In this document: one piece after another, positions 36,813-47,877 of the stretch | Numbering within the stretch: the first letter of the stretch is position 1 | How the letters are laid out: every line of letters starts with the position of its first letter | DNA from: Promethearchaeota archaeon | GTDB lineage: Archaea > Asgardarchaeota > Lokiarchaeia > Sigyniarchaeales > SOKP01 | Direction of reading: 5' to 3' | Assembly: GCA_048938895.1 (NCBI GenBank) | Contig: JBHLLU010000028.1 | Span: forward strand, 1-52,503 | Length of the DNA: 52,503 nucleotides | Made by a program: the position numbers and the translations under genes | The notes under the pieces: model-generated | Seen by the model: only the letters and a program-made list of their open reading frames with translations | Database searches by the model: none | Told to the model about the DNA's origin: nothing

Positions 36813-39059
36813 TTAAATATCCATTAAGTTAGGTATTGTAGAATCGTATAATGATTTCATTTTTACCATATGCAATCTGATCTCATTTGTACTTAATCCT
36901 TGAATAACAATTTCAGGTTTTGATACGATAGTACCTACCTTTTTAATAGAGACTTTGAATTCTTGGGCAAGGTTTAAAATGGTATTATAATCCTTTGGAT
37001 CTGTTTCAATTATAAATCTTCCTACTGATTCACTAAATAGAAATTCATCATCCTTTAATTTAGGATTATAACATTCTGTAAAATCAAGATTTGCACCAAA
37101 TTGATTTTTAAAACACATTTCTGCAATGGTAATTAATAACCCCCCCTTATTTATATCATGGTTTGCTTTTACAATATTACTATCATAAAGTGTATACAGA
37201 AAATCCCAAATAGCCTTTATTTTACTTTCATTAACTTTTGGGGGAATGCCCCCTTCTATTTGATGAATAACAGAATGATATTCAGATCCTCCTAATTCTG
37301 CTTTAGTTTCACCTAATAACCAGATGTCATTGCCTTCTTCTTTAAATGGAAGGGTAACTATCTTTTCTTCTCCCTCTATAATTCCAACAATCATAATCTC
37401 TGGTGTGGCTTTAATTGCAATTTTCTTAACTTCATCCTCATTATAAAATGAAACATTCCCACCAACTATAGGTAACTTTAAACTTCGACAAAAGTCATTC
37501 ATCCCATCAACTGCTTTTGAAAAATACCAAAAAGATTCTGGAATTTCAGGATTTCCAAAGTTACAACAATTTACCATTGCTATTGGTCTTGCACCATTAG
37601 CTATAACATTTCCACATATCTCAACTAAACCTCCTTTAGCACCTTCATAAGGATCCAAGAAACAATGTTTCGAATTCACACCTACACTAGCAGCTATAAA
37701 TTTATCTGTTCCAATTATTCTCAGAACGCCTGAATCTCCTTCTCCGCATTTGACAACTGAGCGAACTCCGACTTCGTGATCATATTGACGATAAACCCAT
37801 TCTTTACTACAAATATTTTCCGAAGCTATTAATTGGTATATAACCTCATCAAGGCTTAAAGAAGGTTCTGGAGTTTTTTGAGTTAATAGATCATCTAAAT
37901 AACCAGGTCTTCTCTCTTCTCGCTTAAATGTTGGTGACTCTGAAAGAGCTTTTGAGGGAATGTTTACTACCAAATTTTCATCATCGAATACTTTTAGAAC
38001 TTTAGAATCATCAGTTCTGCCTATAACAGCAAATGTCATTTCATATTTTTTGAAAATATCAAGAATCGTTTCTAGACCCTCTGGTTTTATGATAAATGCC
38101 ATTCGTTCTTGTGACTCCGAGAGCATAATCTCATACGAATTCATCCCGGGTTCTCGAGTAAATACTTTTCTTAAATCTACTTTTGCTCCTGTATTTCCAT
38201 CGCCGGTCAATTCACTGGTTGCACAAGTCAATCCTCCTCCTCCTAAATCTTTCAAACCCCTCACAAAACCAGACTTCACAGCTTCCAACGTAGCTTCAAT
38301 AATCATTTTTTTTGTAAAAGGATCTCCAATCTGGACAGCAGGACGATCTGCCTCTGACATTTCTGTTAGTGTTCGAGAGGCAAATGTTACTCCATGAATC
38401 CCATCCCTTCCTGTTGATCCCCCCATTAAAACAACATAATCACCAGGATTATATGCTCTACTAGGAGCATGTTTAAAATCTTCTATTGTTCCCAGTCCGA
38501 TGCACGCTACATTTACTAGGCAATTACTCTCAAAACTGTCATCAAATTCGACTTCCCCGCCGATTGTAGGAATTCCAGTACAATTTCCATAATCAGCAAT
38601 ACCTTTAACAACATATTTGAATAACCATTGTGAATGTGGATTATCTTTCAAACGACCAAATCTAAGTGGATCTAATAAAGCAATTGGTCGTACGCCCATA
38701 CATAAAATATCCCTTATTATACCTCCTATCCCTGTAGCTGCCCCATGATATGGTTCAATTGCAGAAGGATGATTATGGGACTCAATCCGAAATGCTAATG
38801 CATAGCCATCTCCAATATCAATAACCCCTGCATCCTGACCTGGACCAGCTAAAACATACTCATAATTTTCCTCAGCATTTTCAAATAATTTTAATTTTGG
38901 ACGTGAAGATTTATAAGAACAATGTTCACTCCACATTACATCAAACATGCCTAATTCTGTGATATTTGGATCTCGGTTTAACAATTCTTTAACTTTCTTA
39001 AATTCCTCATCAATCATTTCAACTTCTACGTCTTCCCCATTAATTCGTACATTAGTCAT
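36813..39059 (-). CDS. purL: FGAM synthase subunit PurL
   Basis: MWSEHCSYKSS, ESHNHPS, DLGGGG, LSESQERM, GGNVSFYNE. Confidence 0.98.
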   Translation of the reverse strand: MTNVRINGEDVEVEMIDEEFKKVKELLNRDPNITELGMFDVMWSEHCSYKSSRPKLKLFENAEENYEYVLAGPGQDAGVIDIGDGYALAFRIESHNHPSAIEPYHGAATGIGGIIRDILCMGVRPIALLDPLRFGRLKDNPHSQWLFKYVVKGIADYGNCTGIPTIGGEVEFDDSFESNCLVNVACIGLGTIEDFKHAPSRAYNPGDYVVLMGGSTGRDGIHGVTFASRTLTEMSEADRPAVQIGDPFTKKMIIEATLEAVKSGFVRGLKDLGGGGLTCATSELTGDGNTGAKVDLRKVFTREPGMNSYEIMLSESQERMAFIIKPEGLETILDIFKKYEMTFAVIGRTDDSKVLKVFDDENLVVNIPSKALSESPTFKREERRPGYLDDLLTQKTPEPSLSLDEVIYQLIASENICSKEWVYRQYDHEVGVRSVVKCGEGDSGVLRIIGTDKFIAASVGVNSKHCFLDPYEGAKGGLVEICGNVIANGARPIAMVNCCNFGNPEIPESFWYFSKAVDGMNDFCRSLKLPIVGGNVSFYNEDEVKKIAIKATPEIMIVGIIEGEEKIVTLPFKEEGNDIWLLGETKAELGGSEYHSVIHQIEGGIPPKVNESKIKAIWDFLYTLYDSNIVKANHDINKGGLLITIAEMCFKNQFGANLDFTECYNPKLKDDEFLFSESVGRFIIETDPKDYNTILNLAQEFKVSIKKVGTIVSKPEIVIQGLSTNEIRLHMVKMKSLYDSTIPNLMDI

Positions 39060-39769
39060 TGGGATACCCTCCGTTTAATAAATTCTACTATCGATTCAAA
39101 AAATAATTTTCCATGTTCAGTTTTCCTAGGGCTTAAAATTGCTTCAGATGCACGTTCTGGGTGAGGCATTAATCCAACACAGTTTTGTTCAATATTACAA
39201 ATTCCTGCAATATTTTCTAGGGAACCATTGGGATTTGCTTCCTGAGTGAATTCTCCTTTTTCATTACAGTATCTAAATACAATTTGATTGTTCTCTTCTA
39301 ACTCTTTTAAATTATCAGTATAATACCGTCCCTCACCATGGGCTATAGGAAAGGCTAGCACATCACCTACACTCGTTTTATTTGTACATGCTGTGTTATT
39401 GTTTTCTACTTTGAGATTTACCCATTTACAAATAAATTTAAGCGATTCATTTCGGAGTAAGGCTCCTGGAAGAAATTGAGCTTCTGTTAAGATTTGAAAT
39501 CCATTGCAAATACCTATTACAGGGCGTCCATCTTTTAACATTATCCTAGCTTCATCTACTGCAGGACTATGAGCAGCAATTATTCCTGCTCTTAAATAAT
39601 CACCAAATGAAAATCCTCCTGGTAAAATGACGGCGTCATAATTAGACTCTTTGAAATGGTTATGCCATACTAAATCTGCTTTAATATTAATTACATTATT
39701 TAGCACATGTATAGCATCTAAGTCACAATTAGCCGCCGGAAATTGAATAACTGCTATCTTAACATTCAT
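39056..39769 (-). CDS. purQ: FGAM synthase glutaminase subunit PurQ
   Basis: PGGFSFGDYLR, GICNGFQ, MPHPER. Confidence 0.98.
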   Translation of the reverse strand: MNVKIAVIQFPAANCDLDAIHVLNNVINIKADLVWHNHFKESNYDAVILPGGFSFGDYLRAGIIAAHSPAVDEARIMLKDGRPVIGICNGFQILTEAQFLPGALLRNESLKFICKWVNLKVENNNTACTNKTSVGDVLAFPIAHGEGRYYTDNLKELEENNQIVFRYCNEKGEFTQEANPNGSLENIAGICNIEQNCVGLMPHPERASEAILSPRKTEHGKLFFESIVEFIKRRVSQ

Positions 39770-40032
39770 GGTTTTGATACTCGTAAGATAGTTAAATTTT
39801 GGGTAACAGGATTGAATATTCTTAATTTATTGCACATATCTTCAACAATTTCTCTTGCTTTAGTTTCATCTTCGGCAGAAATATGAATACGAAGATATTG
39901 ACCACTACGAACATTGGAAATCATATCATAACCTTTTTTAGCTAAGAGATCTCGTTTTATTGTCTCACCAACTGGATCTCTAGCCATCTCTTTATTAGTC
40001 ATGATGATTTCGACTATAAAATTAGCTTGCAT
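39766..40032 (-). CDS. purS: FGAM synthase subunit PurS
   Basis: RDPVGETI, VRSG, NPV; ATGA overlap with purQ. Confidence 0.92.
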   Translation of the reverse strand: MQANFIVEIIMTNKEMARDPVGETIKRDLLAKKGYDMISNVRSGQYLRIHISAEDETKAREIVEDMCNKLRIFNPVTQNLTILRVSKP

Positions 40033-40227
40033 GGTTCTCAAGAAGAAATAAATAAATTTTTTTCCTTTTAAGTGAAATATATTTTAGAGGTTCCATATAA
40101 CAAAAAAGAGATTGTATATATTATAATTAATTCTTATTAACTTAAAAATAATTCCCTTCGACAAAAACGACTAAAATATTTATTTTGAATAAGTAATTTT
40201 AGAAATTCAATTTAAGGAATAAACAAT

Positions 40228-40431
40228 TTAATAATATGCTAAGGAATTTATTACTGCTACAACTAAAGCTAATAAACTGAATGAAAAGGCGCGTGAGCTA
40301 AATTTTGGTAATTTATTTGCTTTTAAATCTTCATATCGATTATTCTCATAATTTTTCATATCGAGTATGAGATATACAAAACTAAGTAAGAAGAGAGCAA
40401 TATCAAGGAACAAAAGAATTAACGTAATCAT
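40228..40431 (-). CDS. Small 2-TM hypothetical protein
   Basis: 67 aa, two hydrophobic helices, between purC and purS. Confidence 0.6.
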   Translation of the reverse strand: MITLILLFLDIALFLLSFVYLILDMKNYENNRYEDLKANKLPKFSSRAFSFSLLALVVAVINSLAYY

Positions 40432-40477
40432 AATACAATAAAATACAGTTGTTTATTATTTAAAGTTTTCTTTAATT

Positions 40478-41455
40478 CTATAAGAAGTTCGCTTCCTTTA
40501 GATTTTTTAGAATTCTTTGATTCACGTCTTCCACCTTTGCTTTAAAATCCAGACCTGTAATCTTTTTATAGCTCCTCATATACCTTTTTGCTAATTCAAC
40601 TTTGATATTTTCAGATATTGGGGGGATATCTTCATCAGGTTTGATATCAGGAAAAATTTCCGGATAAGTTTCCATAAGCCAACCCCGAAAGATCTCCTTA
40701 TCTAAAATTTCTGGTTCTTCATCTCTTTCAAATCGCTTATCATAAGAATCTAATATCCAAAAACGTGAAGAATCTTGAGTATGAATCTCATCTATTACTA
40801 ATAATTCCCCCTCCTTCAATCCAAATTCATACTTTGTATCAACCATTATAAGCCCATTCTTTTTACAATATTCCTGCCCATATTTAAATAGTTTCAAAGC
40901 AGCTTCTTCCATTTCTTCATATATTTCCTTTTCAACCATGTTCTCTTTTATGATCTGTTCTTTAGAGATATAAATATCATGACCAGATTCAGCTTTAGTT
41001 GAAGGAGTGACAAGATCATCAATAAGTTTTTGATTTTTTCGAAGGCCAGGTGGAAGCATAATCCCTGAAGTAGGTTCTCCTTTCAAATAATTTCGCCAAG
41101 CTGTACCTGTTATATATGCTCTTACAATTATTTCAATTGGCAGTGTTTGGCATTGATGAACAACCGAGACATTTGGATCTGGCACCTCAATGATATGATT
41201 CTTTACTATATTTTTAGTTTTATCGAACCAAAAGGAGGAAACTTGGTTTAACATCTGACCCTTGAATGGAATTGTTGTAATAACACGGTCGAAGGCACTC
41301 AAACGGTCAGTGGCAATTATGATTCTTTTGTCCTCTTGAATATAATTATCCCGTACTTTTCCTCGATATAGTTTACCTAAGTTATCTAAATTTGTTTCCT
41401 TCAGAGTAAAATTTAGTTGATCTTTAATTATGGATTCAATATTTTCTTGTTCCAT
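40478..41455 (-). CDS. purC: SAICAR synthetase
   Basis: YRGKVRD, TDRLSAFD, TPSTK, DTKYEFG, DEIHTQDSSRFW. Confidence 0.97.
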   Translation of the reverse strand: MEQENIESIIKDQLNFTLKETNLDNLGKLYRGKVRDNYIQEDKRIIIATDRLSAFDRVITTIPFKGQMLNQVSSFWFDKTKNIVKNHIIEVPDPNVSVVHQCQTLPIEIIVRAYITGTAWRNYLKGEPTSGIMLPPGLRKNQKLIDDLVTPSTKAESGHDIYISKEQIIKENMVEKEIYEEMEEAALKLFKYGQEYCKKNGLIMVDTKYEFGLKEGELLVIDEIHTQDSSRFWILDSYDKRFERDEEPEILDKEIFRGWLMETYPEIFPDIKPDEDIPPISENIKVELAKRYMRSYKKITGLDFKAKVEDVNQRILKNLKEANFL

Positions 41456-41517
41456 GATCTTAGAGTAATTGGATAAGTCATAAAAATTCTTATTATTAAT
41501 TAAGCAATAAAAATAGG

Positions 41518-41979
41518 TTAATCAACATCGACAGAAATCCCGCACATATTGCATCTTTTTGTTCCACGAAATAATGGATTATCACATTCAGGGCAACGAT
41601 ATCTTTCTTCCTCTTCTTCAACCCATTTTTCTGTCCCTATTTCTCTCCATCTTGGAATAGCTCTTAAAATTACCTTTTTTCCGACAGGGATTGGAAAATT
41701 TTCTATGAATTTACAGGGAAAATCATCGCATTGATAACAACCATCGATTTCTTTATTCTTTATACAATCTCTAATAGGACATAATTTACAATATCCAAAA
41801 ATATCTTCTGTATTTTCAGACAAACATCCCCCGCATTTAATATCTTCAACAGTTTTCGAAAATGGTTTATACACATCTACGAGACGTTCTTTAAACTTCT
41901 GATTATTATCCCTATCAGCAATATAAATTGCACAGACACCGCAATATAATCCACAAGGGGCTAAAAGTTCTTTTTTCAA
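41518..41979 (-). CDS. DUF3795 Cys-rich protein with C-terminal zinc ribbon
   Basis: APCGLYCGVC, CGGC, CPIRDC, CYQCDDFPC; TTG start after GGAAGTGA. Confidence 0.85.
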   Translation of the reverse strand: MKKELLAPCGLYCGVCAIYIADRDNNQKFKERLVDVYKPFSKTVEDIKCGGCLSENTEDIFGYCKLCPIRDCIKNKEIDGCYQCDDFPCKFIENFPIPVGKKVILRAIPRWREIGTEKWVEEEEERYRCPECDNPLFRGTKRCNMCGISVDVD

Positions 41980-41997
41980 ATATATCACTTCCTCTTT

Positions 41998-42381
41998 TTA
42001 CTTTTTGTAATATAAACCGTTATTAAATTCTTGAATATCATATTTCTTTTTATTTTTATTCATTTTGGTGATAAAAGCTTGACTTAAATCCAAATTTAGT
42101 AAATTAACAAGGCTTATTAAATAAATAAAAACATCAGCTATTTCATCGGAAATATTTACCATAAGGGATTTATCATTCCAAATATCTTCTTTCTTATAGT
42201 CTTTGAAAAGCAATAATTGAGAAAGCTCACCTGCTTCACAATTAATCGCTTGTACTAGGTTTTTTGGAGTGTGATATTGAGCCCAATTGCGATTATTAAC
42301 AAAATTCCTTACAATATCTTTAAATATTAAAATTGAAGCGTTAGAATCATTCAGATAGGTTAAATCATCCATAATTCTCAA
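41998..42381 (-). CDS. MazG-like nucleotide pyrophosphohydrolase (DCTPP1-like)
   Basis: NWAQYHTPKNL, EAGEL, DEIADV. Confidence 0.9.
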   Translation of the reverse strand: MRIMDDLTYLNDSNASILIFKDIVRNFVNNRNWAQYHTPKNLVQAINCEAGELSQLLLFKDYKKEDIWNDKSLMVNISDEIADVFIYLISLVNLLNLDLSQAFITKMNKNKKKYDIQEFNNGLYYKK

Positions 42382-42415
42382 AAGATATGCGATTAAATTA
42401 ATCTATGTGTTATAT

Positions 42416-43240
42416 TCACTTAATATTTTTAATAAACTCACATATTAATTCATTAATAACATCCTTTCTCTGAGCAGGCGCAAAATGACCTGCCATATCA
42501 ATGATTTTAAGTATAGAATTCGGTATCTTTTTATGTAGTTCTTCTGACATTTGTTCTGGGGCAAAATTATCGAGTCGACCACCAATAATTAGTGTTGGAC
42601 AGCTGATATGAGAAGGATCATATTCATTTATCTCATTTATCATATTAAAGATTTGTTCTTCAATTTTCATATATAATTGGTCTTTGGTTAAATCAATACC
42701 TGCTAATGAATCTGATAGAGCAGTAATTATGTAAGGAATAGTCTTGTCTAAAATTTTTTCAATAGAATTCGCAACTACATCTAAAAAGTTCATACGGATA
42801 AAGTATGGGAGTAAATTATAAAAAATATTTCTTATAACATTATCAATTATAATATAACCCGAGTTCATCAGAATAAGAAATCTAATTTTTTCGGGATGTT
42901 TCATGGTGAATAATTGTCCAATCATCCCTCCGACAAGAGAATGCCCGATTATGCCATATGGTTTATCAATATTAAGAAAATTCAAAAGATCTTCTAAATC
43001 CCGAATAATATCATATCTTAGATTTTTTGAAAGGTTAATCTCTTTTGGATGATCACTTCTTCCATGACCTAGAGCATCAAACGCTATTACATGGTAACTA
43101 TCTTTTAACATCTTTATTTGTGCTTTAAAGAATGAGGCAGAAGAGGCAAATCCATGCAAGAGAATAATTGTACATTTGGAATCTGGATTTATATTCTCGT
43201 AATAGAGATTATATCCATCTTGATTCTTGAAGTACGGCAT
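42416..43240 (-). CDS. Alpha/beta hydrolase
   Basis: LLHGF, DALGHGRS, GHSL, AGH. Confidence 0.9.
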   Translation of the reverse strand: MPYFKNQDGYNLYYENINPDSKCTIILLHGFASSASFFKAQIKMLKDSYHVIAFDALGHGRSDHPKEINLSKNLRYDIIRDLEDLLNFLNIDKPYGIIGHSLVGGMIGQLFTMKHPEKIRFLILMNSGYIIIDNVIRNIFYNLLPYFIRMNFLDVVANSIEKILDKTIPYIITALSDSLAGIDLTKDQLYMKIEEQIFNMINEINEYDPSHISCPTLIIGGRLDNFAPEQMSEELHKKIPNSILKIIDMAGHFAPAQRKDVINELICEFIKNIK

Positions 43241-43349
43241 GGATCTAAGATAATATTATGTTTTATAATTTTTGAAATAAAAGATTCAAAAAATACTTTT
43301 CTAAATTCAAAGAAAGTTAACAAAAGTGAAAACAATTAGTAAAAATTAA

Positions 43350-44801
43350 TTAAAAATCTTTTGTGATTCTTTTGCTTTCATTAAGTTCTAATATTGCTGG
43401 CATGAATATTCTATTTAATTTCTTATAAATTCTCACATTCTCCTTAATAGGCTCCTTACTATCTACAAAACGGACCATATTAGCTATCGCTTTTTCAAAA
43501 GAGCTGTATGTTCTTGTACCATAAAAACCTAAAATCGCAGCACCCATCGCAGCTCCATCTTTTTCTTCAGGTAATAGAATTTTCTTTGAAGTTACATCTG
43601 CTAAAATTTGAGCCCATATTGGGCTATTCATAGCACCACCGTCTGCTTTAACTTCACTAACTTTTGCTGCACCCATAATTTGAAGATAAGATTGAGCACT
43701 TAATGCTGCCGACTCCATGATTGCTCGTATCATATGTGCTCTATTATGATTCCATCCTAATCCATGAAATGTTCCTTTTCTAAACATATATAAAGGTAAA
43801 ATAAGCAATCCCTCACTTGCTGGAGGTATTGATGCTGCTTCAGCTGTTAAAATATCATAAACATTTACTTTATTTTCGATACTTTCTTTTATTTGCAATT
43901 GGGAGAAATTTTCTTTAAACCACTTCATTGCTGTTCCTGTTCCAGGCATAGAGCCTTCAAGATTCCATCTTCCTTTAATTGGGGAAGGAATAGAAAAGAT
44001 GGGTATACCTGCTGCAGGTTTTACTGGTTTTTCCACAACATAATCAACGAATGTTCCTGTTCCTAAAGTAATTTTGGCTTGGTTTGGTTCTATAACTCCT
44101 AATCCCAAAGCAGAACATTGTTGATCTCCGCTACCCATAATTACAGGAATAGAAGGGGGTAAATCTAATTCTTTTGCTGCCCTGCTACTAAGTTCACCAA
44201 TGACATCTCCTGGAAAAGATATATCCGGCCATTTATCTATTGGTATATCATACACTTGAGCTAGATTTTCATCCCAATTTAAAGAACTTAAATTTAGAAT
44301 ACCCCAATAACCATTGGTTGGTTCTGTAACTAAGGCATCACATAACTTATTGTAAATATATGTATCTACAAATGCAATTTTATGCGTTCTTTCAAATAAT
44401 TCTTGTTTGTTTTTTTTGATCCACAGAATTTTAGGCATTACTCTTCTAAAGGCACCTTCTTCTTCCTCCCAATCTTTTGCACCTGATTCCTCTCTTTCAT
44501 CCAGCCAAGTTAATGCAGGATGTAATACATTTCCTGCTGTATCTAGAAAAGTAACTGTTTGTCTTTGAAATGCTACTGAAATCCCTGTTATATCCTTACT
44601 CTTTATATTATGCATTACATTATTACAAGTTTTTTTAATTGCATTCCACCAAATGACAGGATCTTGTTCTGAAATCCCTACCGGTTGTTGAAGGGTTTGA
44701 TATTCTTCATAATCTTTTGCTATTGCTTTTCCATTAGTGTTAAATACAACTGTTCTTGCACCAGTTGTACCAACATCAAATACACAGATTAAATCACTCA
44801 T
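43350..44801 (-). CDS. FGGY family carbohydrate kinase
   Basis: DVGTTG, EQDP, TWLDER, GDQQ, GTG, DGGA. Confidence 0.93.
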   Translation of the reverse strand: MSDLICVFDVGTTGARTVVFNTNGKAIAKDYEEYQTLQQPVGISEQDPVIWWNAIKKTCNNVMHNIKSKDITGISVAFQRQTVTFLDTAGNVLHPALTWLDEREESGAKDWEEEEGAFRRVMPKILWIKKNKQELFERTHKIAFVDTYIYNKLCDALVTEPTNGYWGILNLSSLNWDENLAQVYDIPIDKWPDISFPGDVIGELSSRAAKELDLPPSIPVIMGSGDQQCSALGLGVIEPNQAKITLGTGTFVDYVVEKPVKPAAGIPIFSIPSPIKGRWNLEGSMPGTGTAMKWFKENFSQLQIKESIENKVNVYDILTAEAASIPPASEGLLILPLYMFRKGTFHGLGWNHNRAHMIRAIMESAALSAQSYLQIMGAAKVSEVKADGGAMNSPIWAQILADVTSKKILLPEEKDGAAMGAAILGFYGTRTYSSFEKAIANMVRFVDSKEPIKENVRIYKKLNRIFMPAILELNESKRITKDF

Positions 44802-44831
44802 ATTATCACTTTTTATGTATTTTATATTGTA

Positions 44832-46106
44832 TTATAATACTTTTATTAATAATTCAGATATATCTAAGATTTTATATTTATCTCTTTCGGACTCATTAAT
44901 TCCATAATTTAGTCCCAATTCACAGAGAGGGCAAGCTGAAAGAATGATATTTGATCCTGTTTCCATTAATTCATTAACTCTATTTCGCGCTTCAATTACT
45001 GCTAATTCTTTTTCTGCCCAGTGGAGGGTACCACTCCAACCACAACAGTGAGTTAATTCTTTATTATAAATAGGTTCTTTAAGTTCTATTCCTGGAATTT
45101 TATTAAGGATTTTTCTTAGAGAAGTAACATCATTTAGATTTCTTGCCATTAGGCATGGATCATGAATTATGACGTGTTTATATTCATTAGGAATATCTTT
45201 ACAGGGTTTAATTTTCCCCGTTTCTAATAATTGAGCAATGAATTCTGCAATATGTACTATCTTTGAATTGATCTTAACTCCTATAGACTCATATCGATTT
45301 GTTAATGTTAAAACACATCCTGGACAATCAGAAACAACTAAATTAGCCCCAGTACTTTCAATGAGATCCTTATTTTCATCAGCAAAACCTTTCGCTGTGT
45401 TTAAATCTCGAATATTAAACATTGGACCGCTACAACACATTTTTTTCTCTAGATTGGTCGAAAATCTAATTCCGGCTTTCTTCAAAATTTCAATATTCGC
45501 TTTCACTACTTCTGGAAATTTCATCATTTCACAGCCGATATAATAGTATACTTCATCATTTCCTTCAGTTTCGATATTTTCAATTCCCTTTTCCCTATAA
45601 GTCTTATATATGTCATAATCTTCAATGGTATTTGTTTTCTTTAGGTTTTGAATCCTTGGCTTCAAATAATCTGGCATTAATCCCTTTTCTGTTAGATCAT
45701 CCCTCACACTTTCCAAGAGAGAGACGACTGAAAAATCAAAAGGGCACCAAATTTTACATGTTTCCTCATTTGAGCATTTATACATTAAATCTATAAAGTC
45801 TTGATTCTTAGGGTCATTTGGATCAATTTTTCCGATGGAAAGATAATACCCAATTCTTGATTTATAAGCAGGGCTCATACTCTCAGTGTTTGCGGCTTGT
45901 AGGCTTCCACAATCAAACCTACACATATTAGGGCAAAGCATGCATTTTATTAAGTTATCAATATCGGCTTTAACATCATCTTCTGGGTAGAAATTTTTCT
46001 TTCTTTGTCTGAAATTTTTCATTAATATTGATCTAGTTTCTCTATCGGCATTTTGAAGAAGAGGGGCTATCCAAGAATACTTTTTTAAGGTTTCTTCGAT
46101 TCCCAT
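44832..46106 (-). CDS. (Fe-S)-binding CCG-domain oxidoreductase (GlpC/HdrD-like)
   Basis: CMLCPNMC, CCSG, DCPGC, HDPC, CCG, ACPLC. Confidence 0.88.
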   Translation of the reverse strand: MGIEETLKKYSWIAPLLQNADRETRSILMKNFRQRKKNFYPEDDVKADIDNLIKCMLCPNMCRFDCGSLQAANTESMSPAYKSRIGYYLSIGKIDPNDPKNQDFIDLMYKCSNEETCKIWCPFDFSVVSLLESVRDDLTEKGLMPDYLKPRIQNLKKTNTIEDYDIYKTYREKGIENIETEGNDEVYYYIGCEMMKFPEVVKANIEILKKAGIRFSTNLEKKMCCSGPMFNIRDLNTAKGFADENKDLIESTGANLVVSDCPGCVLTLTNRYESIGVKINSKIVHIAEFIAQLLETGKIKPCKDIPNEYKHVIIHDPCLMARNLNDVTSLRKILNKIPGIELKEPIYNKELTHCCGWSGTLHWAEKELAVIEARNRVNELMETGSNIILSACPLCELGLNYGINESERDKYKILDISELLIKVL

Positions 46107-47585
46107 TTAATTATCACCTCTCTTCCAAGTCTTTACATAGATTTTACCTGGATTTAATATATTATTTGGATCAATAACATTTTTAATCTTTCTAAGAGTA
46201 TCTATAGCTTTACCCAATTCTTCATGCATCCAATGGGATCTATTAATGCCAATCCCATGATGGTGAGCAATTGATCCTCCCGCATCTAAAACTCCTTTAA
46301 TAGTTCTATCCCAGCAATCTTGATAGAATTTCGCATCAGTAATTCCTCTTGGCGGAACACCACCAAATGAGAAATAGATACCAACACCATTTGGATAGAA
46401 ATGTGAGATGTGAGCGGTAATCATTAAAATTCCCTTGAACTGGTTCATGGAATCCAAGACTGTATGATACACATCAGCAGCATTATCCCATAAAGATGCT
46501 ACTTCGAGGGTGTCAAACACAATTTTATATGGGGGCATCGACGACGTTTCAGTTACTCGAAATCTTGTTTCTATCCAATGTTCAACTGGAGTTTCACCAC
46601 AATTTATTCCCAAATTTTTATCACATTTCTCTCTTGTGATAAATTCTTCTAAATCAACAAGTTTAGCATTTCCCTCACAGATAAAAATAGTCATAATTCT
46701 ATCTTTTGCACTATCAATATCAGGAAAATGACGTGCTGTTTCGAATTGATCATAAATTCTCACGACCGCTGGATAAATATTTTCTCGTAATATCTCTCTT
46801 ACTGCATCAAAAGATTTCTCAATTGTAGGAAAAGCATAGGAGATTAATATTCTTTTTTCTGGGTAAGGCCAGATTTTTAATGTAGCTTTAGTAACAATGC
46901 CTAATGTCCCTTCACCCCCAATAAATAATTTATCAAGTTGTGGACCTGTTGAGGCTCGAGCTATTGTTTTAAATCTAATCAAATCACCTTGTGGCAAAAT
47001 GACTTCCATTCCTAGCACAATATCTTCTATTTTACCATATTTCGTACTAAACTGTCCTGCTGCTCGATGAGCAATCCAACCTCCTAAAGAGGAAGTATAT
47101 AACGACTGTGGAATATGACCGGAAGTATAGCCTTTTGCATTTAAATATCGCTCAAGATTCATCCCATTGATACCTGCTTCAGCAGTGACGGTAAGGTTCC
47201 TATCATTAATCGAAATTACTCTGCTAAATTTCTTCATATCAATTACAATTCCCCCATAGAGTGGAATTGCACCACCAACCACCCCAGACCCTTCTCCATA
47301 AGGAATTACTGGAATCTTTTCTTGATTTGCTAATTTTAATATTTCAATAATTTGCTCTGTTGTTTCTGGCCATGTGATAAAATCAGCAAGTCCTGCTATT
47401 TTACCTTGTAATTCCCAATTAAATGCTATCAATGTTGAATCTTTTGAATATGCTAAGAGATCTACTTCTTTTGTAGAAACATTATTCAAACCCACTATCT
47501 CTTTTAATTTAGATTCAATTTTCATTTTATCTTTGATCGTTACCCGATTTTCATTATAAATGAGTTCAAAATCTTTTAAATCCAT
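46107..47585 (-). CDS. FAD-linked oxidoreductase (VAO/PCMH family; AGPS-like/GlcD-like)
   Basis: PYGEGSGVVGG, GHIPQS, STKYGKIED, GEGTLG, HHHGIG, LNPGK. Confidence 0.9.
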   Translation of the reverse strand: MDLKDFELIYNENRVTIKDKMKIESKLKEIVGLNNVSTKEVDLLAYSKDSTLIAFNWELQGKIAGLADFITWPETTEQIIEILKLANQEKIPVIPYGEGSGVVGGAIPLYGGIVIDMKKFSRVISINDRNLTVTAEAGINGMNLERYLNAKGYTSGHIPQSLYTSSLGGWIAHRAAGQFSTKYGKIEDIVLGMEVILPQGDLIRFKTIARASTGPQLDKLFIGGEGTLGIVTKATLKIWPYPEKRILISYAFPTIEKSFDAVREILRENIYPAVVRIYDQFETARHFPDIDSAKDRIMTIFICEGNAKLVDLEEFITREKCDKNLGINCGETPVEHWIETRFRVTETSSMPPYKIVFDTLEVASLWDNAADVYHTVLDSMNQFKGILMITAHISHFYPNGVGIYFSFGGVPPRGITDAKFYQDCWDRTIKGVLDAGGSIAHHHGIGINRSHWMHEELGKAIDTLRKIKNVIDPNNILNPGKIYVKTWKRGDN

Positions 47586-47877
47586 TAAAATCAGTAGATT
47601 TTTTTATTATCTAAGTAAAATGAATAGATTTAATTAAAAATTTTTACTTAATACTGCTCAGAAAAAATGTATGAAAAATTCTGAAGTAAAAAAAGAAAAT
47701 ATTAGTAAATTGCTTCACCAGTAATTCTATCTACTTTTAAAGGTTAGAACCTGGTTATATCAACCAATTGAATGAATTATAAGTTCTTTTGTTTTAGAAA
47801 TTAAATATAAAAAGTAAAAATCTTTCTTACACTTAGATTATTTTACTCTAAATTCCATTAACAAATAAATATCGATA

